The position numbers and the translations under genes are program-made. The notes under the pieces were generated by a model that was not told the origin of the DNA, did not search any database, and worked only from the letters and a program-made list of their open reading frames with translations. Shown here in pieces: positions 55,124 through 64,000 of a stretch of 64,000 nucleotides of DNA. This DNA is from Candidatus Altimarinota bacterium (GTDB taxonomy: Bacteria > Patescibacteriota > Gracilibacteria > UBA1369), in assembly GCA_963677745.1 (NCBI GenBank), contig OY782391.1, positions 1,024,001 to 1,088,000 of the forward strand, written 5' to 3'. The first letter of the stretch is position 1, and each line of letters opens with the position of its first letter.

Positions 55124-56461
55124 ATGGAAAAAAATACGGCCCCATCTTCACCCTCGGAAAGAATTCTCAGCAGCGAAATTCCATCACATCTTGATCAGAC
55201 GGTCATGGTTGAAGGATGGCTGCATAATCTCAGACTTTTCAACGATTTCGCTTTTGTTGTTCTGCGCGACCGGCATGGCGTGTTGCAATGCGTGATCAGT
55301 TCACCCGACCAGCTGGAAATTGTCCGGCATCTGCAAATGGAGAGTGTACTGCGGGTCCGGGGCAAAGTGATCAAACAGCAGAACTCCGAAGACCGTTACG
55401 AATTGCAGGATGCCCGCGTGGAAGTGCTTAACGCAGTTGAGGAAGCCCTGCCGGTGATTATCAATAAAAAGGAAATGAATCTGCACCCGGATACGCTGAT
55501 TTCCAACCGCCCTCTGACCATCAGAAACCTGCATCAACGGGCAATTTTCAAACTGCACGGTCTGGCCCAGCAGGCCTACCGCGAATATATGGTCAGCCAG
55601 GACTGCACTGAATTTTTTCCTCCAACCATTTTGACCGGCAGTTCCGAAGGGGGTTCTGAACTTTTTTCGGTGGATTATTTTGGAAAAGAAGCCAAATTGA
55701 GCCAGAGTGCCCAGTTATATAAGCAAATTTGTATTGGTGCCTACGAGCGTGTTTTTGCCATTGCCAAATGTTTCCGTGCCGAGAAGTACGCCACTTCCCG
55801 CCACCTGACCGAGGCATCCCAATACGAATTTGAAATGGCTTTTGTCGAATCGATCGACCAGCCACTCCATTTCCTGCAGGAAACCATCCGCACAATGGTG
55901 GAAACCATCAAGGAGAAAGGAAAGGAGGAACTGGAACTTTTAGGTATCAAGCTGCTCGACGTCCCCCCAACCATCCCGCAGGTCACCATGCAGGAGGCTC
56001 AGGAAATTGTTTACAAAGAAAGTAATGGCAAACAGGATGACCGCCGGGAACCCGACATGTCACCGGAAGGGGAACGTCTGATCGGCGAATGGGCCAAACG
56101 CGAGTATCAGTCCAATTTTGTTTTTATCACGCATTATCCCCGCAAAAAAAGAGCCTTTTATACATTGCCCACACCTTCCAACCCGGAACTGACCGAGAGT
56201 TATGACTGTATTGGCGGCGGATTTGAAATTGCTTCCGGTTCGCTGCGCATTAATAAATATGAAGATCTCCGGCAGTCGGCGATTGACAAGGGCATTTTGC
56301 CGGAAACCATTGAAGACTATTTGAATATCTTCAAATTCGGCATGCCTCCCCACGGCGGTTTTGGCATGGGAGTGGAACGCTTCACGCAAGCAATCCTGGG
56401 CTATCACAATGTCCGCGAGGTGACAATGTTCCCGCGTGATGTGAACAGGCTGAAGCCCTGA
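55124..56461 (+). CDS. aspS: Aspartate--tRNA ligase, archaeal-type (probably non-discriminating)
   Basis: 445 aa, no GAD insert; SEGGSELF, QSAQLYKQ, FRAE...RHLTE and GMPPHGGFGMGVER motifs. Confidence 0.92.
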   Translation: MEKNTAPSSPSERILSSEIPSHLDQTVMVEGWLHNLRLFNDFAFVVLRDRHGVLQCVISSPDQLEIVRHLQMESVLRVRGKVIKQQNSEDRYELQDARVEVLNAVEEALPVIINKKEMNLHPDTLISNRPLTIRNLHQRAIFKLHGLAQQAYREYMVSQDCTEFFPPTILTGSSEGGSELFSVDYFGKEAKLSQSAQLYKQICIGAYERVFAIAKCFRAEKYATSRHLTEASQYEFEMAFVESIDQPLHFLQETIRTMVETIKEKGKEELELLGIKLLDVPPTIPQVTMQEAQEIVYKESNGKQDDRREPDMSPEGERLIGEWAKREYQSNFVFITHYPRKKRAFYTLPTPSNPELTESYDCIGGGFEIASGSLRINKYEDLRQSAIDKGILPETIEDYLNIFKFGMPPHGGFGMGVERFTQAILGYHNVREVTMFPRDVNRLKP

Positions 56462-56499
56462 CCGGTCTTGATTCGGCTGAGGGCCCTGTGTGATCCGTT

Positions 56500-56847
56500 T
56501 TATAAATTCATGGTCTCGTCGAAAGTGCCCCCGGCTTCTACGCTTTCATATTGAACAAAGGGCTGTGTCTCTTCATCTTTATAAATTTCCAGGGATAATT
56601 TATCAGTTGGCACGCCGGTCTTGGTAAATTCCATATGAAAAGTGTTTGCCCCGGGATTCAGTATGAAATACTTGGCGGCCATTTCCGGAGAGGCTTCTTT
56701 GCGCATCGGATGGTCCGTCCCCATGAATCTTTTGCTTTCCGATTGTCCGCCTTTCATTCCTATATCCATGCCGTTAATCGAAGCCTTGACCTGGTAACCA
56801 TATCCCATGCAGTTGAGCGAGATGGTGATTTCTTCGGGAGTTGCCAT
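56500..56847 (-). CDS. Hypothetical protein
   Basis: 115-aa ORF co-oriented downstream of gdhA. Confidence 0.65.
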   Translation of the reverse strand: MATPEEITISLNCMGYGYQVKASINGMDIGMKGGQSESKRFMGTDHPMRKEASPEMAAKYFILNPGANTFHMEFTKTGVPTDKLSLEIYKDEETQPFVQYESVEAGGTFDETMNL

Positions 56848-56884
56848 GTTTTTTTAGTATTAAAAAATTATTATCATTATAATA

Positions 56885-58228
56885 CTAAACCAGGCCCTGA
56901 GCCAGCATGGCATCGGCCACCCGTATAAATCCACCGATATTGGCGCCCTTAACGTAATTGACATAATCGCCTTCCTGTCCGTGTTTAACGCAGGTGGAGT
57001 GGATGTTTTTCATGATCTTTTTGAGCTGCTGGTCGACTTCCTCGGCAGTCCAGTAGCCGCGAATGGAATTCTGGGTCATTTCCAGGCCGGATGTGGCTAC
57101 TCCTCCGGCATTGGAGGCTTTGCCTGGCGAAAAGAGTATTTTATTCTGATGAAAATATTCCATGGCATCCGCCGTTGTGGGCATATTGGCTCCTTCCACC
57201 AGAATTTTGCAGCCGTTTTGCACCAGCTTTTTAGCATCTTCCAGATCCAGTTCGTTCTGGGTGGCACAGGGGAAAGCAATATCGCATTTCACTCCCCAGG
57301 GTCTTTCACCGGCATGATATTCTGCGCCAAATTTCTGGGCATATTCACTGATTCTGCCCCGAGCCACATTCTTGAGTTGTTTGATAAATTCCAGCTTTTC
57401 CTGTGTTATGCCGTCTTTGTCATACACATAACCATCCGAATCGGAAACCGTCACTACCTTTGCTCCCAACTGCAGCAGTTTTTCCACGGTGAATTGTGCC
57501 ACATTACCGGATCCGCTGACCGCAGCCACTTTTCCTTGCAGCGTATCACCTTTTACCGCCAGCATTTCCTGGGCAAAATAAACGATCCCGTAACCGGTGG
57601 CCTCGTTGCGCAGCAGGCTGCCGCCAAAAGTCAGCCCCTTGCCGGTCAGTACTCCTGTGAATTCATTGGCCAGACGTTTGTATTGTCCAAACAGAAATCC
57701 CACCTCCCGGCCTCCCACACCGATGTCTCCGGCTGGCACATCCGTATCGGCGCCCACATGGCGAAACAATTCCGTCATGAAACTCTGACAGAATCTCATC
57801 ACCTCATTGTCCGATTTTCCTTTGGGTTCAAAATCCGAACCGCCTTTCCCGCCGCCCAGCGGCAGAGAGGTCAGGCTGTTTTTGAAAATCTGTTCGAAAC
57901 CCAGAAATTTTAGAATGCTCAGGTTGACGCTGGGATGGAAACGCAGCCCGCCTTTGTATGGTCCGATGGCACTGTTGAACTGGACTCTGAAGCCGCGGTT
58001 AATCTGGAATTCGCTCTTATCATCTATCCAGGGGACGCGGAACATCACGGTTCTTTCAGGCTCCACCATCCTTTCCAGGATTTTGGCCTGTTCGTATTTG
58101 GGATTTTCAGAGATAAAAGGCATTACCGTCACTGCCACTTCCTTGACTGCCAGGGTGAATTCCGGCTGGTGGGGGTTTTTAGCCTGTACATCTGCCATAA
58201 ACCGTTCCAATTTTTCTGAAACTTCCAT
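56885..58228 (-). CDS. gdhA: NADP-specific glutamate dehydrogenase
   Basis: GPYKGGLRFHP, GGGKGGSDF, DVPAGDIG, SGSGNVA and EGANMP motifs. Confidence 0.97.
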   Translation of the reverse strand: MEVSEKLERFMADVQAKNPHQPEFTLAVKEVAVTVMPFISENPKYEQAKILERMVEPERTVMFRVPWIDDKSEFQINRGFRVQFNSAIGPYKGGLRFHPSVNLSILKFLGFEQIFKNSLTSLPLGGGKGGSDFEPKGKSDNEVMRFCQSFMTELFRHVGADTDVPAGDIGVGGREVGFLFGQYKRLANEFTGVLTGKGLTFGGSLLRNEATGYGIVYFAQEMLAVKGDTLQGKVAAVSGSGNVAQFTVEKLLQLGAKVVTVSDSDGYVYDKDGITQEKLEFIKQLKNVARGRISEYAQKFGAEYHAGERPWGVKCDIAFPCATQNELDLEDAKKLVQNGCKILVEGANMPTTADAMEYFHQNKILFSPGKASNAGGVATSGLEMTQNSIRGYWTAEEVDQQLKKIMKNIHSTCVKHGQEGDYVNYVKGANIGGFIRVADAMLAQGLV

Positions 58229-58326
58229 GATTTATAAATTTAAAAATATGCCCCCAAGGTATAGCAGGGGAGAAGGTCACTGTAAATAATTCACCGTTGA
58301 AGAATTTTCAGCTGATGTCGTTCCGC

Positions 58327-58788
58327 CTATTGGTAGGAATCTGAATTGAGTATTGGAGCGAGTCCCAGCTTTTTCATCAAACTTCTGTTTTGATAAAGAA
58401 TGCCGGCCGTCTGGTCAATTGAACATCGCAAATCGGCAGTATTCAGACCGTATCGTGCGGCATCGAGACCCTTGTCTTCCAGCAGACATTTTTCCAGCAG
58501 ATATAACAAATCAACAGCTCTGGTACCGGGGTTGGCCTGCTCATCGGCAGCATATTTCCCTATCAATACATCCAGATGTGTCTGTTCAAGCTGTTTGAAG
58601 AGGTCTTCAATTCCCAGATCCCGCAATGTCAGATCTCTTGCTTCCAGCCACTTTCTATATGCCTGGAAACTCAAATAACTCTCGCTGGCCCGGACGCGTT
58701 CCCACATCCGCATAGCGTCAGTCAATTGCTCCTCACCACAATTTTCAGTTGATAATTTCCCTGATCCGGCTTCTGTTGATTGGTCCAT
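58327..58788 (-). CDS. Hypothetical protein
   Basis: 153 aa; upstream TTGACT-16-TACCGT promoter. Confidence 0.65.
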   Translation of the reverse strand: MDQSTEAGSGKLSTENCGEEQLTDAMRMWERVRASESYLSFQAYRKWLEARDLTLRDLGIEDLFKQLEQTHLDVLIGKYAADEQANPGTRAVDLLYLLEKCLLEDKGLDAARYGLNTADLRCSIDQTAGILYQNRSLMKKLGLAPILNSDSYQ

Positions 58789-58890
58789 GATTGGTTGAAA
58801 ATCAAAAAATAATCAACCGGAACGGTAACACAACCTTGTGGTAAGTCAAGGGTAGGCGTTTTACAATAAACGTATCGAAGCGTCCGGATA

Positions 58891-59250
58891 TTATCTGCGA
58901 ATGCCGGCCGATCTTTCGTAGGGTTTACTTCCCTGATGTACTTTCGGCATTTTAGTAAAGGCTTCAGTCGCAACCACATCCCTCAGTAAATCCAAATTCT
59001 GTACAATTACGGATAAATCGGCAAAGTCTGTGAAGTCAAAGTCAGCTTTGGTATCCCTCAATTTTCTCAAAAGCGCCGAAGTTGTTTTGGCATTATCCGT
59101 TTCCCCCTTCTTAAGCAGACTTTTCAGCAGCTTGGAAAGGATTGTTACCTTAACGGGTTTTTCAAAATTCCCGAAAATATCAACAAAGTCTATCTGTTCC
59201 GGGGTCAATTTACTAAAATATTCATTAGTTTCTGCTTCTGAAATTGACAT
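58891..59250 (-). CDS. Hypothetical protein
   Basis: 119 aa; upstream TTGACA-17-TATTAT promoter on the minus strand. Confidence 0.65.
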   Translation of the reverse strand: MSISEAETNEYFSKLTPEQIDFVDIFGNFEKPVKVTILSKLLKSLLKKGETDNAKTTSALLRKLRDTKADFDFTDFADLSVIVQNLDLLRDVVATEAFTKMPKVHQGSKPYERSAGIRR

Positions 59251-59278
59251 AAATTAAAAGTTATTGATAAATCAGAAG

Positions 59279-59322
59279 ATAATAACACAAAACATTGACA
59301 ATGTCAAAGACCGGTGTAGTAT
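59279..59322. promoter_or_regulatory. Closely packed divergent promoters centred on the palindrome TTGACAATGTCAA
   Basis: Plus strand TTGACA-16-TAGTAT; minus strand TTGACA-17-TATTAT. Confidence 0.65.
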
Positions 59323-59343
59323 GTTAGGCCTTAATTAACCTTT

Positions 59344-59763
59344 ATGTCTGAAGGCAAAAAGTGGGGACAGGTAGTGATGGATTTGGATCTGGAAAACTGC
59401 AGTTTTAAGCAGGGAAAATATATTGTGACCAAGGGAAAGACCAACCAGGACAGCCGCTGGACTCTTCGTTGTCAGAAATCACCTTGTCCCGGAAAGGCCA
59501 TCATCTTACAGGCGAAGCTGGAAGCTGTTATAGATCAGACCGGAAAGGAGATTCCTTTGGATGAATTTGATCAAGAAACCAGAGATCTTCTGGAAACAAC
59601 CAACAAACAGGTAATTAGCTGTTTGAGGCATCTTTTATTAAAAGTAGCCGGATCAGCCGATATAGATTACAGCCGGCCAAAATCCGAAAATTGTTACCGT
59701 GATGACGATTATGACGAAAAAGGACTTGCTCCCGTCATTCCTATAAACAGATCCCGCCAATAG
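59344..59763 (+). CDS. Hypothetical protein
   Basis: 139 aa with promoter. Confidence 0.65.
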   Translation: MSEGKKWGQVVMDLDLENCSFKQGKYIVTKGKTNQDSRWTLRCQKSPCPGKAIILQAKLEAVIDQTGKEIPLDEFDQETRDLLETTNKQVISCLRHLLLKVAGSADIDYSRPKSENCYRDDDYDEKGLAPVIPINRSRQ

Positions 59764-59767
59764 GGAT

Positions 59768-59926
59768 TTATTTTTTTGACTTCTTCTGCTTTTTTACCGG
59801 CAATATTTTTCGGCCGGTATTGGATGCATCTTCACCTTCCGGATAGACATGTTCTTCAGTCAGTAATTTCCCCGTTTCTTTCTTGTCTGCCGGTTGGACT
59901 TCATGTTTTCGATGATACATTCCCAT
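59768..59926 (-). CDS. Small basic-tailed hypothetical protein (52 aa)
   Basis: Manual translation MGMYHRKHEVQPADKKETGKLLTEEHVYPEGEDASNTGRKILPVKKQKKSKK; fills the intergenic gap. Confidence 0.5.
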   Translation of the reverse strand: MGMYHRKHEVQPADKKETGKLLTEEHVYPEGEDASNTGRKILPVKKQKKSKK

Positions 59927-60077
59927 GGATTTTTGATTATTGTTTCAACCCATACTAATCACTTGGCTGCTTTTCAGGCAACTGAAAATATCAATCTGTC
60001 AAAAGCCGTCGGAATTGCTGAAATAGTATCGATTTTGGTGATATAATGAAAAGATATGTTTATTAACACCGCTTCTG

Positions 60078-60923
60078 ATGGAATTTCTGGACAGAATGAA
60101 AGAAAAAATCAAAAGACGTCGCGGCCCGGCGGAAACCGGCCGTACTCCGGAAATCGATGATCTTCAGCGGTCCACATGGGAAAGTGTTTACCGTACGCCG
60201 GGCCGCACGGAGCCGGAATATAATTTATCTGCGGAACAAAAGGAGTCTCTGCTTAACGATCTGAAGTATCAGTACCATCTGTCTTTGAAAGTATTTAGAA
60301 AAAACAGCCCTCCGTTTGAGGATCGGCCGGCAGGACAGGCACCTTCATGGGAACAAATCAAACCCGGACTGACACCGGAAATTCTGGATAAAATTGCCAA
60401 AATGCGTGAACCCATGTTGCTGTTAATCCCGCCTACCTCTGCACCAAGTAAAATCAGGGCAATTGAACTGAATTCCAAGTCTTCGTCCTATCCATCCCGA
60501 ATTACTGTACCCGATTTGGGAAATGCCGATCTCTGGAACGGGGGACAGTCTGAATTTTCCAAAGAATGGCGGGTTGGAATTGCGGAAGGTTTTCCGGACG
60601 AAGCGGCAGACCCAAACATTACCGGAGACAATCTGAAAATGGCCGAAGGATGGCTTTTTAAATATTTAGCAGAAGGCTTTGATGTTATTAATGATCTGGA
60701 CACCTATCTGACGCTGGTTATGCATGCCCTGGCCTGTAAAAAACCGCTCGACACCAAAACTCTGACAGTTTTAAACTCCAAAAATCTCCAGGCGGGAAAA
60801 TGGCTTGCCTACGGGAATATGGATCAAGATCAGGTTTATGTGGGAACAGCTCATTCCAATATCTTTTTCCAGAATATTCGTCTGCGCCCTATAGTCTGGG
60901 TAAGGACGCTAAAAGACGGTTGA
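60078..60923 (+). CDS. Hypothetical protein
   Basis: 281 aa; extended -10 TGaTATAAT upstream. Confidence 0.75.
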   Translation: MEFLDRMKEKIKRRRGPAETGRTPEIDDLQRSTWESVYRTPGRTEPEYNLSAEQKESLLNDLKYQYHLSLKVFRKNSPPFEDRPAGQAPSWEQIKPGLTPEILDKIAKMREPMLLLIPPTSAPSKIRAIELNSKSSSYPSRITVPDLGNADLWNGGQSEFSKEWRVGIAEGFPDEAADPNITGDNLKMAEGWLFKYLAEGFDVINDLDTYLTLVMHALACKKPLDTKTLTVLNSKNLQAGKWLAYGNMDQDQVYVGTAHSNIFFQNIRLRPIVWVRTLKDG

Positions 60924-60994
60924 GATCTTGGGAAGCTGGACAGTTTTATGTTATAAATCCTATGGGAATAGTCAGAAAAATTTGAAAAATTATT

Positions 60995-61159
60995 ATGCCG
61001 GAAAATCAAAAACAGACAGGCCGTCCCGATAATGCTTCCCTGCTGGAAATCTGCGGAAAAGAGATTTTTACAACCATCGAAAAAAAGAAAATGCGTGGTG
61101 ATGTCGGAAAATCCACTCATCAGGAACCAAATATTTCTATCCCGGGAAATAATCAATAA
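60995..61159 (+). CDS. Small hypothetical protein (54 aa)
   Basis: Manual translation MPENQKQTGRPDNASLLEICGKEIFTTIEKKKMRGDVGKSTHQEPNISIPGNNQ; ends 9 nt before the next gene. Confidence 0.45.
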   Translation: MPENQKQTGRPDNASLLEICGKEIFTTIEKKKMRGDVGKSTHQEPNISIPGNNQ

Positions 61160-61168
61160 TCTCTTATA

Positions 61169-62431
61169 ATGTCTCCATTCGAAATTCCAGACACCAGACC
61201 GAAACCCTGGGAACAGCCGGCCCCGGCCAAACAGGAAGACCTGAAACTCCAGTTGAATCAGGCAGTGGAGAAAAAGGAAAGTCGGGAATCCCTGAACCGG
61301 CTTGGTAATCTGCTTTACCGGAATTTCCAGTCCAGGGAATATTCTCCGGCCATGGTTTTGTCTGCGATCAGGGAAGTTTATGACAAACATCAGAATGGGT
61401 TCAATCCGAAGTTGGGTTTCAATGATTTCATCAAATCTTTCGGGCCGGGGATGGTAAAACTCTGCCAACTCAAACTGGTGGCGGCCGGCGGCTTTGATCT
61501 GGGCAGATTCGGTGAAAGAAAAACCGGTATAGACGGGAAATTGGGAAAAATGACAGCCAAAGCACTTGCCCGTTATTATGGAAAAGAAATGGGGCGCGCT
61601 TCCCAGACTCCTAGTCGATTCGTATCCCGTCGTAAACCCGGCGCCTCGGCACCAACACGAACAACCTCTGTTTCCACTCCGGCTCCGGAACCCGCACCTA
61701 TGCCAACAGACGATGTCCGCGGACGGTTTGACCAACCCTCGGTCGCACCGGAAAAAGCCAGAGTCAGTCCCAAATCAGCGCTCGAGCCAAGAATGCTTGA
61801 TATCTATAATCGCACTCCCAACACTTTTCGCACGGACGATCTGCCTGAATATTTCGGCAACACCCGCGAAGCTATTGAACCGTATATCGTCAACGAAGAT
61901 CCGGTGGCTCTGACTGCACATCCTCCCCGTCATCAGCCACTGACATTCCTGGACCGAACCATTGCTGATCCTCACGCCAAGGGCAAGAAGGGAGTAAATA
62001 TGATGATTATTCCTTTTCTGAAAATCGTCGAAGAAAAAATGGATCAGCTGAAGATCAAATACCGGCCGGCCGCTTCTCAAATTCTGGGATTTGAATTCCG
62101 CGGTATGAAAGTTGGCGGAAAAGAAACCAAAACCCTCAGCTCCCACGCTTTCGGTCTGGCCATCGATATCGATCCCAACCAGAACGGCCCCAAGGACGGC
62201 CGGGGAAACATTCCCGACCAGCTGGCTATGGCCATGGTGGAATCGGGTTTTGCCTGGGGACTGATCGGCAGCCAGGACTACCGCATGCTTGGAGCAGATC
62301 CCATGCATTTTCAATTGCGTTTTCCTCCCGACAGCGCGGAGGGACAGGCCATTATCAATTCCAGCCCAGCCGGCAGAAAATACTGGGCGGCCATTGCGCC
62401 GATGCTGGCTGAAATCAAAAATCACGCCTGA
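61169..62431 (+). CDS. M15 family zinc peptidase with peptidoglycan-binding-like motif
   Basis: IDGKLGKMTAKAL; R...SSHAFGLAIDI; GFAWG; DPMHFQ. Confidence 0.85.
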   Translation: MSPFEIPDTRPKPWEQPAPAKQEDLKLQLNQAVEKKESRESLNRLGNLLYRNFQSREYSPAMVLSAIREVYDKHQNGFNPKLGFNDFIKSFGPGMVKLCQLKLVAAGGFDLGRFGERKTGIDGKLGKMTAKALARYYGKEMGRASQTPSRFVSRRKPGASAPTRTTSVSTPAPEPAPMPTDDVRGRFDQPSVAPEKARVSPKSALEPRMLDIYNRTPNTFRTDDLPEYFGNTREAIEPYIVNEDPVALTAHPPRHQPLTFLDRTIADPHAKGKKGVNMMIIPFLKIVEEKMDQLKIKYRPAASQILGFEFRGMKVGGKETKTLSSHAFGLAIDIDPNQNGPKDGRGNIPDQLAMAMVESGFAWGLIGSQDYRMLGADPMHFQLRFPPDSAEGQAIINSSPAGRKYWAAIAPMLAEIKNHA

Positions 62432-62515
62432 AGCACGCGCACCCAGTTAGACTGTTTACATATTGACAGAGCGTTTTATAATCATATACACTTGCTCTCC
62501 AATAATGTTTTATTA

Positions 62516-63979
62516 ATGCCCAAAGATACCACTTCAGCCTTTGATTTTCTTTTCCGGGAAGGACAAACTCTTTGGGGAACCCAACAGGGCTACCGGGATG
62601 AAATGCAGTACAAGTCGCTGGAGCAGGAAAAGGAGCAGACGGCGCTACTGAAAGACATGATGGAGCGACAAAAAGAAGCTGCTGCTTTGGCACTGCAAGC
62701 CGCCCCGGACCCGACAACACCGGTTAATTTCTCACCATATATTGAGGTTCAGGCACCGTCGGTGGATATTTATGGTCTGGTCGAAGAATTAAGACCGGAA
62801 TTCATGGAGTTGGCCGATGCCCAAAGGGAACTGGGTAAAAAGGTCGGGAAATTGGGTTATCTGGGGCAATGTGTTTTGCAGGAATCATCCGAACAGACCG
62901 ATTTTTTAGAGTCTTTGGATAATCAGGCCCACGTAGCTTATCAGCAGCGGGAAGCGGCTTTGGAAAAAATGGGAGTTGCCATTCTGGAACATCGCGAGAC
63001 CAATCGGCACTTGGATGAAGCCCACTTGCAACGTGAGTTTATTTTATGGAAGATGGATCAGGCACATGAACAAGGAGAAACTGCATTGGAAAAAATGGAC
63101 GAAGCTCATCTGCAACGTGAGACTGCGTTAAATAAAATGGATGAGACTATTGCAGAACACCGTCAATCCAATCGATTAATTAAGGGGCTGAATCGTTCAT
63201 TAGACTTGTCGACGGCGATTTTGGACCGGGACTTAAAGAAAATGAAAAAATCACTGGCCGTCGCACTGGGGGATATTGGGATTGGCATAGAAGGATTAAC
63301 TGATGAAGTAATAAAAACCAGGTTGGCAGTCGTTCAGACTTTGCAGGATTCCCAATCAATTTTTCTCTGGTCGCATCGGGAGCAAATGTGGCAGCGCCAG
63401 CAAACTTTGGATGTTTTACGAAGTCCCCGTCGGACTGCTGCCCGGGAGGCCTGGCAAATCGGGGAGATATGCCGGCAAGCCGGAGACACTGCAGAAGCTT
63501 TAAGAATGTATCTGGAAAGTCTAAGAATCAACCCCAGTGAGGCCAGGAATTATGTTTCCGTCGGTCTGCTGTCTCTGGACCTCGGCGCTGTCGACAAGGC
63601 CAGGACGCAATTTGCACAAGGTGCCCGCTACGCGGGAGAGCCATCTATTAAAGCAACTGCTCTGATGTACTTGGCTAAAGCCGATCTTTTTGAGCAGGAC
63701 TTTTCCAAAGCAAAATCGAGTCTGGAGCTGGCTCTCCAAAGCGATGTCACTAATCTGGAAGTCTGGTTCGATCTGGCAATTTGTGAAATCAAATCCAACA
63801 ATCGTGAAAAAGCCTTGTATTACATCCGCAATTTATTGTTGGTGCCCACACGGGTGAAGGGAAAACGAGCAAGGGCAGCTGCAGAATATGCCTTGAAGAT
63901 AGTCGCTGAAACGGCGTTTCAACCTATCCTGCCTGAGATCAGAGAAATAATGAAAGAAATTATCAATAACTATCGATAA
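62516..63979 (+). CDS. Coiled-coil plus TPR repeat protein
   Basis: ATG at 62516; 14-aa repeats in the middle; TPR-like units (ALRMYLESLRINP, LELALQSDVTNLEVWFDLA). Confidence 0.8.
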   Translation: MPKDTTSAFDFLFREGQTLWGTQQGYRDEMQYKSLEQEKEQTALLKDMMERQKEAAALALQAAPDPTTPVNFSPYIEVQAPSVDIYGLVEELRPEFMELADAQRELGKKVGKLGYLGQCVLQESSEQTDFLESLDNQAHVAYQQREAALEKMGVAILEHRETNRHLDEAHLQREFILWKMDQAHEQGETALEKMDEAHLQRETALNKMDETIAEHRQSNRLIKGLNRSLDLSTAILDRDLKKMKKSLAVALGDIGIGIEGLTDEVIKTRLAVVQTLQDSQSIFLWSHREQMWQRQQTLDVLRSPRRTAAREAWQIGEICRQAGDTAEALRMYLESLRINPSEARNYVSVGLLSLDLGAVDKARTQFAQGARYAGEPSIKATALMYLAKADLFEQDFSKAKSSLELALQSDVTNLEVWFDLAICEIKSNNREKALYYIRNLLLVPTRVKGKRARAAAEYALKIVAETAFQPILPEIREIMKEIINNYR

Positions 63980-64000
63980 TATGGGAATGGAAAACGATAA

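Noticed and set aside
56981-57913. Long antisense ORFs (here opposite gdhA; also 9143-10150, 48541-49509 and 60851-61735)
   Set aside because: These are shadows of well-identified genes on the other strand, with no independent motifs.
1-64000. CRISPR array, retron/DGR, IS element, rRNA or genetic code 25
   Set aside because: I saw no regularly spaced direct repeats and no RT, transposase, Cas or rRNA signatures. TGA terminates conserved genes at their expected ends.

Overview
A gene-dense chromosomal segment, most likely from a CPR/Patescibacteria bacterium (Peregrinibacteria-like). This is an inference from the shortened AlaRS, ValRS with an inserted domain, archaeal-type AspRS, two-domain ThyX, half-size MFS, SLH proteins, mostly SD-less starts and many orphans. 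TGA ends clear housekeeping genes such as tsaD and cca, so the code is 11, not 25. Housekeeping content: hisS, tsaD, cca, ABC-F, rlmD, yajQ, rlmH, beta-CASP nuclease, thyX-folA, valS, alaS, aspS, gdhA, mgtA, tRNA-Gly(GCC) and tRNA-Thr(CGT). A surface-protein cluster lies at 35-44 kb. I saw no integrase, transposase, reverse transcriptase, CRISPR array or rRNA. The most striking unexplained signal is the ~1 kb gap at 27.1-28.07 kb, which has no credible protein gene. It reads as two tandem plus-strand transcription units of ~400 and ~460 nt, each with a sigma70-like promoter and a 3' hairpin plus U-tract. Both fold by eye into dense multi-stem structures with A-rich (AAAAC)n loops and match no tmRNA, RNase P, SRP or intron signature I recognise. 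Nearby is an RNase II/R catalytic domain that carries two dsRNA-binding-like domains instead of the usual CSD/S1 domains. Other structured elements lie at 7.38-8.2 kb and just after tRNA-Gly. All folding and family calls were made by eye, without computation.
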